IMG/VR virus record: IMGVR_UViG_3300031993_000020
Source: an uncultured virus (IMG/VR IMGVR_UViG_3300031993_000020)
Lineage: Duplodnaviria; Heunggongvirae; Uroviricota; Caudoviricetes
Length of the DNA: 64,000 nucleotides
Reading direction: 5' to 3' (one strand)
Of the stretch, positions 31,048-40,995 are shown one piece after another; position 1 is the first letter of the stretch; each line of letters starts with the position of its first letter. The position numbers were made by a program, and so were the translations under genes. A model generated the notes under the pieces. It searched no databases, was not told where the DNA came from, and saw only the letters and a program-made list of their open reading frames with translations.

Positions 31048-31740
31048 TTATCCCCCAGCTTCTTCCTCTTCTCGTGCCTTTTTGGCATTCATATTAATTT
31101 GTGAAATAATATCACTCAAGGCATTTTGAGAAAGTCTGGCTTTGTTAGCCTTCTTGTTGTCTTCAGACATCTGTTCCAAAAGTTTATCAGAACCGACAAT
31201 ATTATACTTGTCTCGCAGATTCTGTAATTTATCAAGCCAGTCGTAAATTTCACGAATGACTGCAACAATTTCCCCGAGGTCCTGAATGTTAGGATCTTTA
31301 GCTCTTTCCATAGCAAGAGTAAGAGCTCTATCAGTCAAGAACCCCAGAGAAATAGTCGCTTTAGTTCGAGCAACGTCAGAAACGGCGTTGATCATCTTTG
31401 AAACGTATAACTTAGCAAACTCGGAGTCTTTTTCTGAGTAATCACCAATATGACTGGCAATTTCTGTAAAGTCTTTAAAGGAAACTGAAAGATTATGCTT
31501 CCCACCGAGCTCATCAAATGAAGAACTAATAATATCTTTGATTTCAGTTGTTTTTAACTGACCGGTATCGTATTCAGATTCCAGATAATCATTAATCCTA
31601 GGTGCTGGTTTTAAAGCACTTCTGTCAAGAATTTCAAACTGCTCTTCAGCAGCTTTTTGGACTTTTTCTTTTGTATCCAGCTCTTCAAACTCGTTGGCTA
31701 CATCAAAGCTCAATCTTTTTACATCATCGCTGGTTATCAT
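31048..31740 (-). CDS. Hypothetical helical protein (position compatible with a small terminase)
   Basis: 230-aa ORF directly upstream of the portal; function inferred from position only. Confidence 0.4.
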   Translation of the reverse strand: MITSDDVKRLSFDVANEFEELDTKEKVQKAAEEQFEILDRSALKPAPRINDYLESEYDTGQLKTTEIKDIISSSFDELGGKHNLSVSFKDFTEIASHIGDYSEKDSEFAKLYVSKMINAVSDVARTKATISLGFLTDRALTLAMERAKDPNIQDLGEIVAVIREIYDWLDKLQNLRDKYNIVGSDKLLEQMSEDNKKANKARLSQNALSDIISQINMNAKKAREEEEAGG

Positions 31741-31776
31741 AAAAACTCCTTAGTTAGTTTGTGTTTAAAATAGAAG

Positions 31777-32793
31777 TTAACTAGCCAATCGTTTTAAGGC
31801 AGTCATACCCGCATTATAAGTTTTAACGAATCCACCTTTTATTTGCCGCCATTTTTGAGTAGCCTTATCTTTATAAAAGACGATCCAATCTTTATTGGTA
31901 GAAGACGGTTTCACGCTTCCTATCGAAGCCAGTCTCGGAGATTTTCCTTCAGCAACTGCTTTCTTGAAAGCCTGAGTGTTGTTCAACCAGGTCTTCATAG
32001 TGCTGTCACGATTGGTAACATATTTTGCAAAACGTTCTGGATTTTCCTGTTTGGCTTTCTCACTCTTGACACCATTATAAAGAGCCAGCCAGTAAGCCTG
32101 ACTCATTAAAATCTTGAACGCCTTGTCATATTTTTCAGCGTCTTTGGAACCGTGAGCTTTAGCAACAGAATTGGAAATATTCTTAACACCACTGATAAAA
32201 TCTTTACCGAGTTTGTTCGAAATTTTGCCAGAAGGATTCAACAGATGAGTGGCGTCGATATTCGCCATTTTACCAAAAGTAGCTTTACCATTCACCATGC
32301 CGGTAAGACGTTTTTCGGCGTCACCACCTTTGTGCTCGGCAACATCAGACAGAGAAGAAGCTAAAGCATTGTAGAATTTATCACCAGAGAAAGAACCTAC
32401 TTTCTTGGACTCTTTAATGGTAGTTTCACCGTAAGTTCTCCGCATTTCTGCACGAATCTCGTTGAGCTGCTGATCGATATCTTTATCGCTGTTCACGACA
32501 AATTTCACAATCTGTGTCAGGTCTCTACCTTTATCAGGATATCTTTTAGCGAGATCACGAATGGCCTTTTCCAGAGCGAGTTCTCCCTTTTTGCCTTTAA
32601 TCAATTTAAGAGCTTCTTGGTACTCTTTAGGAAGTTCGCCGGAAGTGATAGCTGCAACTTCCTGTTTCCTGATACTAGGATCTGTAACCTTAGTAGTCAT
32701 AGCAAAGTTGCGCCGAGCAGCTTTTTTATCTAGCTGTTCAAGTTTATCATTAAAAACTTGACTGGCGTAATAATTATAAACGGAAGTGTTCAT
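31777..32793 (-). CDS. Hypothetical Lys-rich protein with a leader ending RRNFA
   Basis: 338-aa ORF. Confidence 0.6.
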   Translation of the reverse strand: MNTSVYNYYASQVFNDKLEQLDKKAARRNFAMTTKVTDPSIRKQEVAAITSGELPKEYQEALKLIKGKKGELALEKAIRDLAKRYPDKGRDLTQIVKFVVNSDKDIDQQLNEIRAEMRRTYGETTIKESKKVGSFSGDKFYNALASSLSDVAEHKGGDAEKRLTGMVNGKATFGKMANIDATHLLNPSGKISNKLGKDFISGVKNISNSVAKAHGSKDAEKYDKAFKILMSQAYWLALYNGVKSEKAKQENPERFAKYVTNRDSTMKTWLNNTQAFKKAVAEGKSPRLASIGSVKPSSTNKDWIVFYKDKATQKWRQIKGGFVKTYNAGMTALKRLAS

Positions 32794-32794
32794 A

Positions 32795-35428
32795 TTAAGT
32801 CCTCACTCTTAGTCCACCACGAGTCTTCGTTCTGAAATCACCATCTTGATAGACTAAGTATTTTTCAAAAAGTTTAACTAATAACGCACTTGGCGAAGAC
32901 ATGTCAGTTGTATTTACTTTCTTCGTTTGGCCTAAGAGACGATATAAAGCGTCAGCGTCTTTTGCCAGTTCAATGTCTCCGTCAGGAATAATACTGTTTA
33001 GTTTCTTATCTTTAGCAAGAGTTTCATCATAGAATAAATCGGCAAGACCGTCCCTCAGAACACTTAAACCTTTCTTAGGATTATACTCACGGTTATTCTT
33101 AGATTTCTTATCTAACTCAAAACAAATAGTATCCAAATAATGAAAGAGATAATCCGGCAGAATCTTTGCGCCTACTTTCTGGAACTCCTGAGAAGTCTTC
33201 GCGTTTAACAGAGACACATAGGCAGCTTGGATAAAATCTCTAGCTTTATTGCCCTGATAAACGGATGTAAAAACTTTATCTGGATTCACAAAGACGTCGT
33301 TCTCCATATTAATAGAAATATCTTGAACATAGAGAGCTTTAGACAGAATGCTGGCCTTATCTTCCGGATTAGGATATTTCTGCTGTAACATCAAGAGCCA
33401 GTTATTCGCTTTCTCTCTTTTATTATCTTCATCTGTTTTCGCTAGACTACTTTCAGAAAAACCGAAGTAACGAATAACGAAGATAGTTACACAATAGACC
33501 GTTTCAGCAGCTTTAGCATTATCTTCGGGAGAAATATTAATAATGCCGCTATCGGCAAAATAGAATCGTGAAAAAGCTTTAGCAACTGCACGTTCTACTT
33601 TTCTATTCGCTCTTCTCGCTTCTCGTCTTGCCGTCTTAGCATCAGCATAAGCTTTCTCAGCTTCATCCAGTTTCTTTTGACTCTTGTCTTTCTGCGCAAG
33701 TTTTGACTGGTCTTTTAACTTCTTGATGATCTCAAGTTCATCGACATCTTTTCGTACCTGTTCAAGCAGATGAATTGTATCAATCCGATAATTATGAGAT
33801 TCGCGGCGTTCTTTACGAAGAACTGAGCGCTCTTTCTGATTGTTGATGTCTGAACTGGTAATAACAGCCTTTTTAGGAACATAAGAATAAACTGTATCTT
33901 CTTTTCGTCTACTGGGGTCAAAAAGTTCATCGAACATATCTTGTATATGTTTAAAAACAGATATATCACGAATATCTTTATCAGAATGCTTATAAAGTTC
34001 TGATAGGTCGCGGTCAGCCAAACACTTTCTATTAAAATCATCAAGTAATACTTTTGCTCTCGGATCCTGACTTTCTTTTAACTGCTTAATATATTTTTCC
34101 TTGAACTCCAGATATTTCTTCCTAATTGGTTCATACCAGGACAAATCAGCCAAGGTAATCGTATTAGCATTCTCTCCCGAGTTGGCTCCTTCGGCTCCTT
34201 TTTGTTCTGTCCCTTCCGCTTTATCGGAAGAGCTCAAAGGTTCATTATTGTGAGCTTTAGCTATCTCTTTACCCTGCGCTTCTGCATCAATCGTATTACT
34301 CTTAACTGCAGTTGTGTCTTTGTTCGACTGCCCTTTGATATTTAAATCTTCGAGATTAGCGTCAGTATTGAAATTTCCTCTATGAATCTTTTTGAGAATT
34401 TCTACACAGTTATTATATAACCGCTGCATACTTGCTTTACCGACGGAGTTCTTAAAATCAAAGACTTTCGTTATATTATCAGGATTGTCCCGAATAATAT
34501 AACAGGCAAGAAACAGACAATAGAACAAAACATAGAGCTGATTATACTCATTGGTAAACCGATAGTTCCCCGTCTGAACTGTATACCGAAAATCAAAGTT
34601 CTGACATTTCTTATATACATTAATCAGATTAGCAACTCTCTGAGGCATTTGAGTGTTCGCCTCAAACTTTTCAGGAGCTTTAAACTCTTTTACATAGTCT
34701 TCGATCTTTAGAGTATCTTTATCTACGTTGTGTGCTCTGGCATAATCGTAAAATTTCTTAATACGATTTTTAGCGGCCTTGTAATCGTTACTTGGCTCAA
34801 TGCCGGGGCCTTCGTTGGCCACTCTAATCAGAGAATTAACGAAAGAATCTGTCAGATAATTAATATAGGTATTAATCTTCGGGTCAACCGGATACTTCTC
34901 CTCTTCATCTTTATCAGTAGAAGGAGTCCTATCTTCAACTCTGTTGCCATTAGTCTGCAACTCTTTATCCGCTTTTTCCCATTCTGGCTTCTGTTCAGTA
35001 ACCCACTTCTGCAGATCTTCATTCTTCATATTAGCCTTAGCGTATGAAAGAATGTCATTAAAGTGACCAGAGTTTTCATTAGCCAGTTGGGTGATATTTG
35101 TAAGGTCAGTTTCAGATTCTCTTTTCTTTGCAGCTTTTACCTGCTCTACAGTAAGATTTTGAAACTGTTTATCCTTCTCAGCTTCTTTTTCTTTTTGTTC
35201 AGGGGTGGCTGCATGCTTCGCTTTATTTTCATTTTCCCACTTAGCTTTAGCCCACTCATCCAAGAACTGTTTAGTAACTTTTGGATTCTGTTTTACATAA
35301 CGGAGGATCTCGTCAAAATGGTCTGAGTATTTATTCAAGACTGACCAGAGACCCGGAATACCGTATTTGAGAGTAGCGGCTCTCGCTTTCTCATCTTGTT
35401 TTTCGTTTAGTGCAAAATTTTTGTACAT
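32795..35428 (-). CDS. Large hypothetical protein beginning MYKNFA
   Basis: 877-aa ORF with GGAG RBS; internal KAFSRFYFAD. Confidence 0.6.
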   Translation of the reverse strand: MYKNFALNEKQDEKARAATLKYGIPGLWSVLNKYSDHFDEILRYVKQNPKVTKQFLDEWAKAKWENENKAKHAATPEQKEKEAEKDKQFQNLTVEQVKAAKKRESETDLTNITQLANENSGHFNDILSYAKANMKNEDLQKWVTEQKPEWEKADKELQTNGNRVEDRTPSTDKDEEEKYPVDPKINTYINYLTDSFVNSLIRVANEGPGIEPSNDYKAAKNRIKKFYDYARAHNVDKDTLKIEDYVKEFKAPEKFEANTQMPQRVANLINVYKKCQNFDFRYTVQTGNYRFTNEYNQLYVLFYCLFLACYIIRDNPDNITKVFDFKNSVGKASMQRLYNNCVEILKKIHRGNFNTDANLEDLNIKGQSNKDTTAVKSNTIDAEAQGKEIAKAHNNEPLSSSDKAEGTEQKGAEGANSGENANTITLADLSWYEPIRKKYLEFKEKYIKQLKESQDPRAKVLLDDFNRKCLADRDLSELYKHSDKDIRDISVFKHIQDMFDELFDPSRRKEDTVYSYVPKKAVITSSDINNQKERSVLRKERRESHNYRIDTIHLLEQVRKDVDELEIIKKLKDQSKLAQKDKSQKKLDEAEKAYADAKTARREARRANRKVERAVAKAFSRFYFADSGIINISPEDNAKAAETVYCVTIFVIRYFGFSESSLAKTDEDNKREKANNWLLMLQQKYPNPEDKASILSKALYVQDISINMENDVFVNPDKVFTSVYQGNKARDFIQAAYVSLLNAKTSQEFQKVGAKILPDYLFHYLDTICFELDKKSKNNREYNPKKGLSVLRDGLADLFYDETLAKDKKLNSIIPDGDIELAKDADALYRLLGQTKKVNTTDMSSPSALLVKLFEKYLVYQDGDFRTKTRGGLRVRT

Positions 35429-35451
35429 ATCAGAGTCTCCAGCCGAACGTC

Positions 35452-36390
35452 TTAGTTCTCAGCAATCGCTTTACCAATATCTCCGGCAGTGGAAATACCA
35501 TGTTTAATTAAATTATACTTCAAGAGGTCAGTTGCAGCAGTATAGAGCTTATTGTACTTACGCTCTTGAGTCTGTTCATCAGTAACCGCATTCCTCGTCA
35601 GGAAATCAGTCTCACTCTGAATCAAAGCATCGTACTCGCGATAATCCTTGTTCCCAAAGATGGCCTTTAAGTCATCAGTGAATTCCAATGAATCGGAGTT
35701 AGGATTAAGTCTGGCAGCAGCGAAGATGAACTGATCACCGGGAGCGAGCTCTTCTGTAGTCTCAGAAGCGGAGATGACTTTATTGATTTTACTTCCGATA
35801 GAGGTCGGAGCCTTCTTGGAAATAAACTCTTTAAAGACAGTTCCAAAACGAGAAGGTTCGCCAACTCTAAAATACTGCTCAACAGCATTCATATAGATGA
35901 GTTCAGTCTGACAACAGTCCAAAGCGAGTTCAATAAACTTTCTCAAATTTTCACTGTTGTCACCGATTCTCGGAGCGGAGATTGGATTTATATAAGTTTT
36001 AGGCCCACCCTGAAGAGCGTTTACCATCAAAGAGTTAGTTGCTCCCTGCTCAAAACTCATAGCTGCTCTGACAATACCTGATTTCAGAGTTGAAATGAAT
36101 TTAGCAGAATCACCGGTTCTGGCTCCTTTTAGCGGAATCTTCCACTTATGGTCTAGAAGAGCACCAAGTTCTGTAATTTTCAGGTCACCGGTATTATAAA
36201 TATAAATAGTGTCGATGGTACAGGATTTAGTTGATTCGAACTCATTTCTGAGCCAAAAAACCAAGTAAATGTCACGATGAGTTTCTTCTGGGGGATAAAT
36301 GTCACACCAGAGTCTCAAGGTAGCACCATTGATATTAAAAATAGGAGAACCGACCATTGAAGTAAGTCGATGAGGATATTTTATTGCCAT
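35452..36390 (-). CDS. Hypothetical protein, first gene of the minus-strand arm
   Basis: 312-aa ORF with GGGGAG RBS. Confidence 0.6.
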   Translation of the reverse strand: MAIKYPHRLTSMVGSPIFNINGATLRLWCDIYPPEETHRDIYLVFWLRNEFESTKSCTIDTIYIYNTGDLKITELGALLDHKWKIPLKGARTGDSAKFISTLKSGIVRAAMSFEQGATNSLMVNALQGGPKTYINPISAPRIGDNSENLRKFIELALDCCQTELIYMNAVEQYFRVGEPSRFGTVFKEFISKKAPTSIGSKINKVISASETTEELAPGDQFIFAAARLNPNSDSLEFTDDLKAIFGNKDYREYDALIQSETDFLTRNAVTDEQTQERKYNKLYTAATDLLKYNLIKHGISTAGDIGKAIAEN

Positions 36391-36534
36391 GACGCATACT
36401 CCCCGTTTGAAATATTGTTGTAAGAGGTTCCTACTACATTATTACACGTAACTAACAACTAGATGGCTAAAGCTAAATGTTTGACTTGCTAAAAGGTAAC
36501 AAATTTTGGTAAAAAATACGAGAGGAGGTTAAAA

Positions 36535-38394
36535 ATGGAAGACGAATCCAAGCAATCCTATACCGTTACAGAAGAACCACTGGACAAAGAGTTTCTCAAA
36601 AGGATTATTGATACGGGAAACAATTATATAGTATCTTACCCTGCGGGTTCAGGTAAAACTACCGCTATCAGAGATTATATAGTTGCCAGACTTCGTAAAC
36701 ACGACCTTAACCGGAAAATCATCTATGTAGCCCCGACTCAGTCTCTTCTGGATAATATGTGGGAACAGATAATGAAGGAAGCTAACGTCATCAGAACGGA
36801 AGTCTTCAATTATCATTCAAATAGTCCCGCTTATGGAGAATGTAAGATTCAGAAGCAGAAAATGCAGGAGGCCATCAAGCAGAAGATCGATTCTGCCTTG
36901 GTTATCCTTATTACCCATGAGAGAATGAAGTTTGATATTGTAGACAAATTCATTGCTCATCTTGATGGCATCTGTGGTATGAAACCACTGGTGTTCCTGG
37001 ATGAATCCATTGAAGACTGCAATATCGTCAGTACTACAACTTACATCCTAGACGGGATCCTCGCTCAAACAGGATTGATAGATCCGGGACAGACCCATCT
37101 TGACTTTAAACCGGAGAAACTGGGTAAGTACACAAATGCTAAACGTGTATACGAATGCCTTTCCAGACGAGTTGCATACGATGTAGAACGCAGATGTACA
37201 ACGATTCGACCTCTCGCAGGTTTAGGCATGGAACTAGCAAACAATGTAGGGTTTTCAGATAAAGCAGATCTGACGGATTCCATAGTTGAAGCGAGATTTC
37301 TGAACTTGTACTCGATGATAGCTATGTCGATCGCCCAAAAACTCTGGGTAGAAGCAGATGACAAAATATATTTGAGTATTCCGATAGCTATCCATGAATC
37401 ATGGAAGACCTACGCTCAGATAATCGTAGCTGATGCTACAGCTTTTATTCACCCATCTATGTGCAAGGGATACAACCTGATTGTCAGTTCTGATTGGAAA
37501 GGTGGACTTATCAAACAGATAGTAAGTCCCTATAGATTTAATACCAGAACAAAGATCGAAGAGAATCTTGGATCCATTCCTTATTATTTAGACAATATAG
37601 ACCTTCGGAAATATCGCCGGATATACATAGTTACCTTCCTAGGCAAGGCAATCACGGAGACTTACAAATATCTGCAGGAAAAATATCCTGACTATACGAT
37701 CGAATATCGAGATCGGAGAACTACGGAAGATTTCCTCGCCTCGGATATTGATAACTCAACTGACGAGCTATATTCAGATTCCAGTCAAATGGATAAGATT
37801 ATATATCTAACCAATTTCGGAAGAACTCGCGGATCCAATAAATTCAGAAATTGTGACTGTGTTATCCAAATTGGGAACTATCGGGCTAACCCCAGGATTC
37901 TAGATTTTTTACAGGTAATATATCCGGGATTAACTGACAATCAGCTAGCTCTTACGAATTACATTCAGGAACTCTATAGAGGTATCGTTCGTTGTGGACA
38001 ACCAATGGCAGCTTATGCTCTTCTGGATCAGAATTTCTACGACTATCTCAGAGAAAGAGCTGTTAATTTTCACTTTGCTATAAACAACAGTCAAACCAAA
38101 CCATTCACGGGATCGGTAGTAGACAAGATAAAGAACAAACAGTACGGCATGAACACTAATCTAGTAGAGAGTCTCTACGAAGCAAAGATGACTGGTAAAG
38201 TTATTCAGAAGGAAGAACTTTGTAAAATGTGTGAAGTGCCGAGACTTATAGATGCCAGAGAACGACTTTTAAACCTATATGTCAAATATCCAGAAATTAA
38301 AGAGGAGATCTTTACTAATTATAAATCTAAAAATAAACTTAAAGAAGCCCTAACAGTAGCCAACAAACACAGGGAATTGAACCTTCAACTTTAA
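36535..38394 (+). CDS. SF2 helicase-like protein, possibly an origin-binding initiator
   Basis: Walker A YPAGSGKT, YVAPT, FLDES, RGSNKF and QELYRG motifs; adjacent to the origin-like region. Confidence 0.6.
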   Translation: MEDESKQSYTVTEEPLDKEFLKRIIDTGNNYIVSYPAGSGKTTAIRDYIVARLRKHDLNRKIIYVAPTQSLLDNMWEQIMKEANVIRTEVFNYHSNSPAYGECKIQKQKMQEAIKQKIDSALVILITHERMKFDIVDKFIAHLDGICGMKPLVFLDESIEDCNIVSTTTYILDGILAQTGLIDPGQTHLDFKPEKLGKYTNAKRVYECLSRRVAYDVERRCTTIRPLAGLGMELANNVGFSDKADLTDSIVEARFLNLYSMIAMSIAQKLWVEADDKIYLSIPIAIHESWKTYAQIIVADATAFIHPSMCKGYNLIVSSDWKGGLIKQIVSPYRFNTRTKIEENLGSIPYYLDNIDLRKYRRIYIVTFLGKAITETYKYLQEKYPDYTIEYRDRRTTEDFLASDIDNSTDELYSDSSQMDKIIYLTNFGRTRGSNKFRNCDCVIQIGNYRANPRILDFLQVIYPGLTDNQLALTNYIQELYRGIVRCGQPMAAYALLDQNFYDYLRERAVNFHFAINNSQTKPFTGSVVDKIKNKQYGMNTNLVESLYEAKMTGKVIQKEELCKMCEVPRLIDARERLLNLYVKYPEIKEEIFTNYKSKNKLKEALTVANKHRELNLQL

Positions 38395-39150
38395 GTGGCT
38401 TTTTTCTCTGGGACCCCCTCTAAAAAATACCCCTAAAATCGAGTCTAAAATAGCCATTTTTGATCCAAATTTCAAAAAAGTTGTCTGAATGCTCAGGATC
38501 AATTTATGTAGGTTTTTTAATGGTTTATCCTTTGTCTATTTTTAATTTTTTATCTTTTTTGTCTTTTTCTTTTCTTAAGAAAATTTCCTTATGCTCTCCC
38601 GTTATTTTCTGTTTTAAATTAACTAATGATTTTAAATAGTTAAATATCTAAGTACGTTTTTCCCCTATAATAAAACATAATCATAGGTATATATATAAGG
38701 TAAAAATGATAGGATTTAATCAATTATTTGAGTTTATTTTTAGTCTATTATTATTTTAGTCAAATAAAAAAAGATTAAGGATTAGCCAATGGAAAAGAGT
38801 GAGTAAAACGAACGAACCTATTATTGATTGTATGGCTCCTACCGGAGCCGTCTGATGAAATTTTCATTGACCCCACTTTCCGAACCCTCGATTTTGAGTC
38901 AAATGACCTCTTCTATTGACAAAAGTGGCAAAATTGGCCTATTTTTGGGGTGTTTTTAGGGGTGTTTTGAGGCGTCCGTGAGGCAGTCGTGAGGCACTCA
39001 TGAGGCATCCGTGAGGCAGACGTGAGGCAAACGATTTTTAAATTCACGAGTAATTACAAGTACATAGCCGACCCCAGATCTGCTCAAATGAGGCACTCGT
39101 GAGGCATCCGTGAGGCACTCGTGAGGCAGACGTGAGGCAAACGCGAGGCA
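38395..39150. other. Putative replication origin
   Basis: About 770 bp non-coding near the strand switch. Very AT-rich core (about 38520-38780), imperfect inverted repeats (CCCCTCTAAAAAATACCCCTAAAA vs TTTTTGGGGTGTTTTTAGGGG) and iteron arrays. Confidence 0.65.
38968..39150 (+). repeat. Two blocks of six 11-bp tandem repeats (CGTGAGGCANN)
   Basis: TGAGGC at 38968, 38979, 38990, 39001, 39012, 39023 and 39089, 39100, 39111, 39122, 39133, plus CGAGGC at 39144. Confidence 0.9.
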
Positions 39151-39166
39151 AAATGAGAGGTGAAAA

Positions 39167-39484
39167 ATGGAGCTAAAAGAAGCTATTCAGCAGGTGTTAG
39201 AAAAACATGGTCCAATGACTCTGGAAGAGCTCCTTCAGAGCCTTTCTCCCCAGATTTTTCAGATTCTCAAAGAGGATCCTTCTTTCTCAAACATCTGCGT
39301 TCGGGTAGATAAGCAGAAAAAGAAGCGAAAATGGGTCTATCGGAACAAAATCTGTCCAAAAGCAGCTGAATCTGTAGCTAATTGTTTCTACTGTGAGCAG
39401 TTACACTCTTGCAAATTCACAAACAAATACAAGCAGATAGAGAAAAAACCTATAAAAGTTGAAACTATCCTACACGAACATTAG
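39167..39484 (+). CDS. Small protein, possible HTH plus Cys cluster
   Basis: MELKEAIQQVLEKHGPMTLEEL N-terminus; C...CFYC...C. Confidence 0.5.
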   Translation: MELKEAIQQVLEKHGPMTLEELLQSLSPQIFQILKEDPSFSNICVRVDKQKKKRKWVYRNKICPKAAESVANCFYCEQLHSCKFTNKYKQIEKKPIKVETILHEH

Positions 39485-39522
39485 TATTAGTATCGTCTTA
39501 GCAATTAAGTCTTTTCCGTGTA
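39485..39522 (+). promoter_or_regulatory. Phage-specific promoter motif TATTAGTA...CGTGTA
   Basis: Same motif with identical 30-nt offset at 50614-50651 and 63828-63865. Confidence 0.6.
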
Positions 39523-39552
39523 GATATGAATAGGGTACCAGTGGAGGTTTCT

Positions 39553-39951
39553 ATGTCAAAACCGTTTAAACAGCGATTAACAGAAGCTGAATATAAGGCT
39601 CAGCTGTCTGAAATACAACATAGGACAGATTTATCTCCTATCCAGAGGACGATGGCCATCAATTCTCTTACCAGACGCTTTAATAATGATGTCGCCTATT
39701 ATACTCCAGACTCTTCTGGATACTCTCAGGCTGATAGGGATGCCTTGGAAACTTACCATAAAGACCTTATCTGGAGAGCAAAGTACTTTGGAATGGATCC
39801 AAAGGAAGCTGAAAGTTCCGATAACGAGGCTCTTAATAGATATATTCACGCTCAGGAAAAGCTGGGAAGGAAAATTATCTATGATGAGTCTGAGATTGGA
39901 AGTCCAGATCTAACATCGTCTAATTCTAAACGAGGAGAGTCCTATGAGTAG
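39553..39951 (+). CDS. Hypothetical protein
   Basis: GGAGG RBS before ATG 39553. Confidence 0.6.
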   Translation: MSKPFKQRLTEAEYKAQLSEIQHRTDLSPIQRTMAINSLTRRFNNDVAYYTPDSSGYSQADRDALETYHKDLIWRAKYFGMDPKEAESSDNEALNRYIHAQEKLGRKIIYDESEIGSPDLTSSNSKRGESYE

Positions 39952-40150
39952 CCCACGAGTCGAAGAACTATTACAGGAAATTGAAGACCTCTGTTCTCAG
40001 TCAACAGAACCTACGCAAGAAGAAACCTTGGAAATTGTCCAAAAGGCTTCTGAAGTTCTGCAACTTCTGAATCAGCGCGTTGAAACGATTAATAATAACT
40101 TGGAGGAAGCATATGCCCAAATTCATTCTTTGGGCGGGGAGCAAGGATAA
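39944..40150 (+). CDS. Small coiled-coil protein (weak resemblance to exonuclease VII small subunit)
   Basis: 68 aa, two amphipathic helices; resemblance by eye only. Confidence 0.35.
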   Translation: MSSPRVEELLQEIEDLCSQSTEPTQEETLEIVQKASEVLQLLNQRVETINNNLEEAYAQIHSLGGEQG

Positions 40151-40985
40151 GCTCTTACCGCAGATTAACGAGAGATTAGAAGCAAAACTTCCAAACGCAC
40201 AGTATTATTTAGAACCGTTCCTCGGTGGAGGATCCGTTCTTTTATCTGTTTTAGAGAAATATCCACATCTCACCTGCTATGCAAACGACAAGAATGCCGT
40301 TCTTATTAACACTTGGAATATTCTCAAAACCTATCCGAAGGAGTTAGCTGAGGAACTTGCTGTTACAAGTCAATACTGGCACCCAACTCCTAAAGATGAC
40401 TTTCTGGGTATGGACAGGGATACTTATCGTTTCTCTTTTCAGGAAGAGAGAGCAAAACTCAATCGGATGATTGCTACGAAATCTTTTGGATTACCAATGG
40501 CCGTTTCTTTTCTTATTGTGAATCATATGGGATACAACGGTCTTTTTCGGGTAAATTCCAAAGGTTTCTGCAATACACCTCCGGGAACTTATCATGCTTT
40601 CCCAACAAAAGAGGAGTTATTGCAGATTAGTGCTTTGATTCAGAACGTAGAGTTTTCTTCAGAAGACTTTAGTGTATTTCTGAAGAAGTTTGATAATCAG
40701 AGCAATACTTTCGTATATGCGGATCCTCCGTATCTTCCTATAACAAAGACTTCCAGCTTTACTGATTACACCTCCGGAGGATTCGGAGAGCAGGAGCAGA
40801 GAGATTTAGCTCTTTTACTCAAGAAGCACGATTTTGTTGCTCATGGGTCTTGGTCTGAAGAGTTGGACCCGTTTTATAAAGAAATCTATTCTAACTGTAA
40901 TATTGCCAAAGTTTCCGCGAGACGTAATATTAACTGCAAAGGCAGCAAACGAGGAAAGATACAAGAACTAATCGTCAATAATTAG
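40113..40985 (+). CDS. dam: DNA adenine methyltransferase (Dam/D12 class)
   Basis: WAGSK, EPFLGGGSV (motif I), YNGLFRVN, YADPPY (motif IV); GGAGG RBS before 40113. Confidence 0.9.
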   Translation: MPKFILWAGSKDKLLPQINERLEAKLPNAQYYLEPFLGGGSVLLSVLEKYPHLTCYANDKNAVLINTWNILKTYPKELAEELAVTSQYWHPTPKDDFLGMDRDTYRFSFQEERAKLNRMIATKSFGLPMAVSFLIVNHMGYNGLFRVNSKGFCNTPPGTYHAFPTKEELLQISALIQNVEFSSEDFSVFLKKFDNQSNTFVYADPPYLPITKTSSFTDYTSGGFGEQEQRDLALLLKKHDFVAHGSWSEELDPFYKEIYSNCNIAKVSARRNINCKGSKRGKIQELIVNN

Positions 40986-40995
40986 CGAGGCTGTT

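Noticed and set aside
24291..33772. 72-nt repeat pair as a DGR template/variable repeat
   Set aside because: Differences are not adenine-specific, the target is mid-gene, and no reverse transcriptase is in the window
38968..39150. 11-bp repeats as a CRISPR or guide-RNA array
   Set aside because: Units are contiguous with only 2-3 variable bases and no spacers; no cas-like gene nearby
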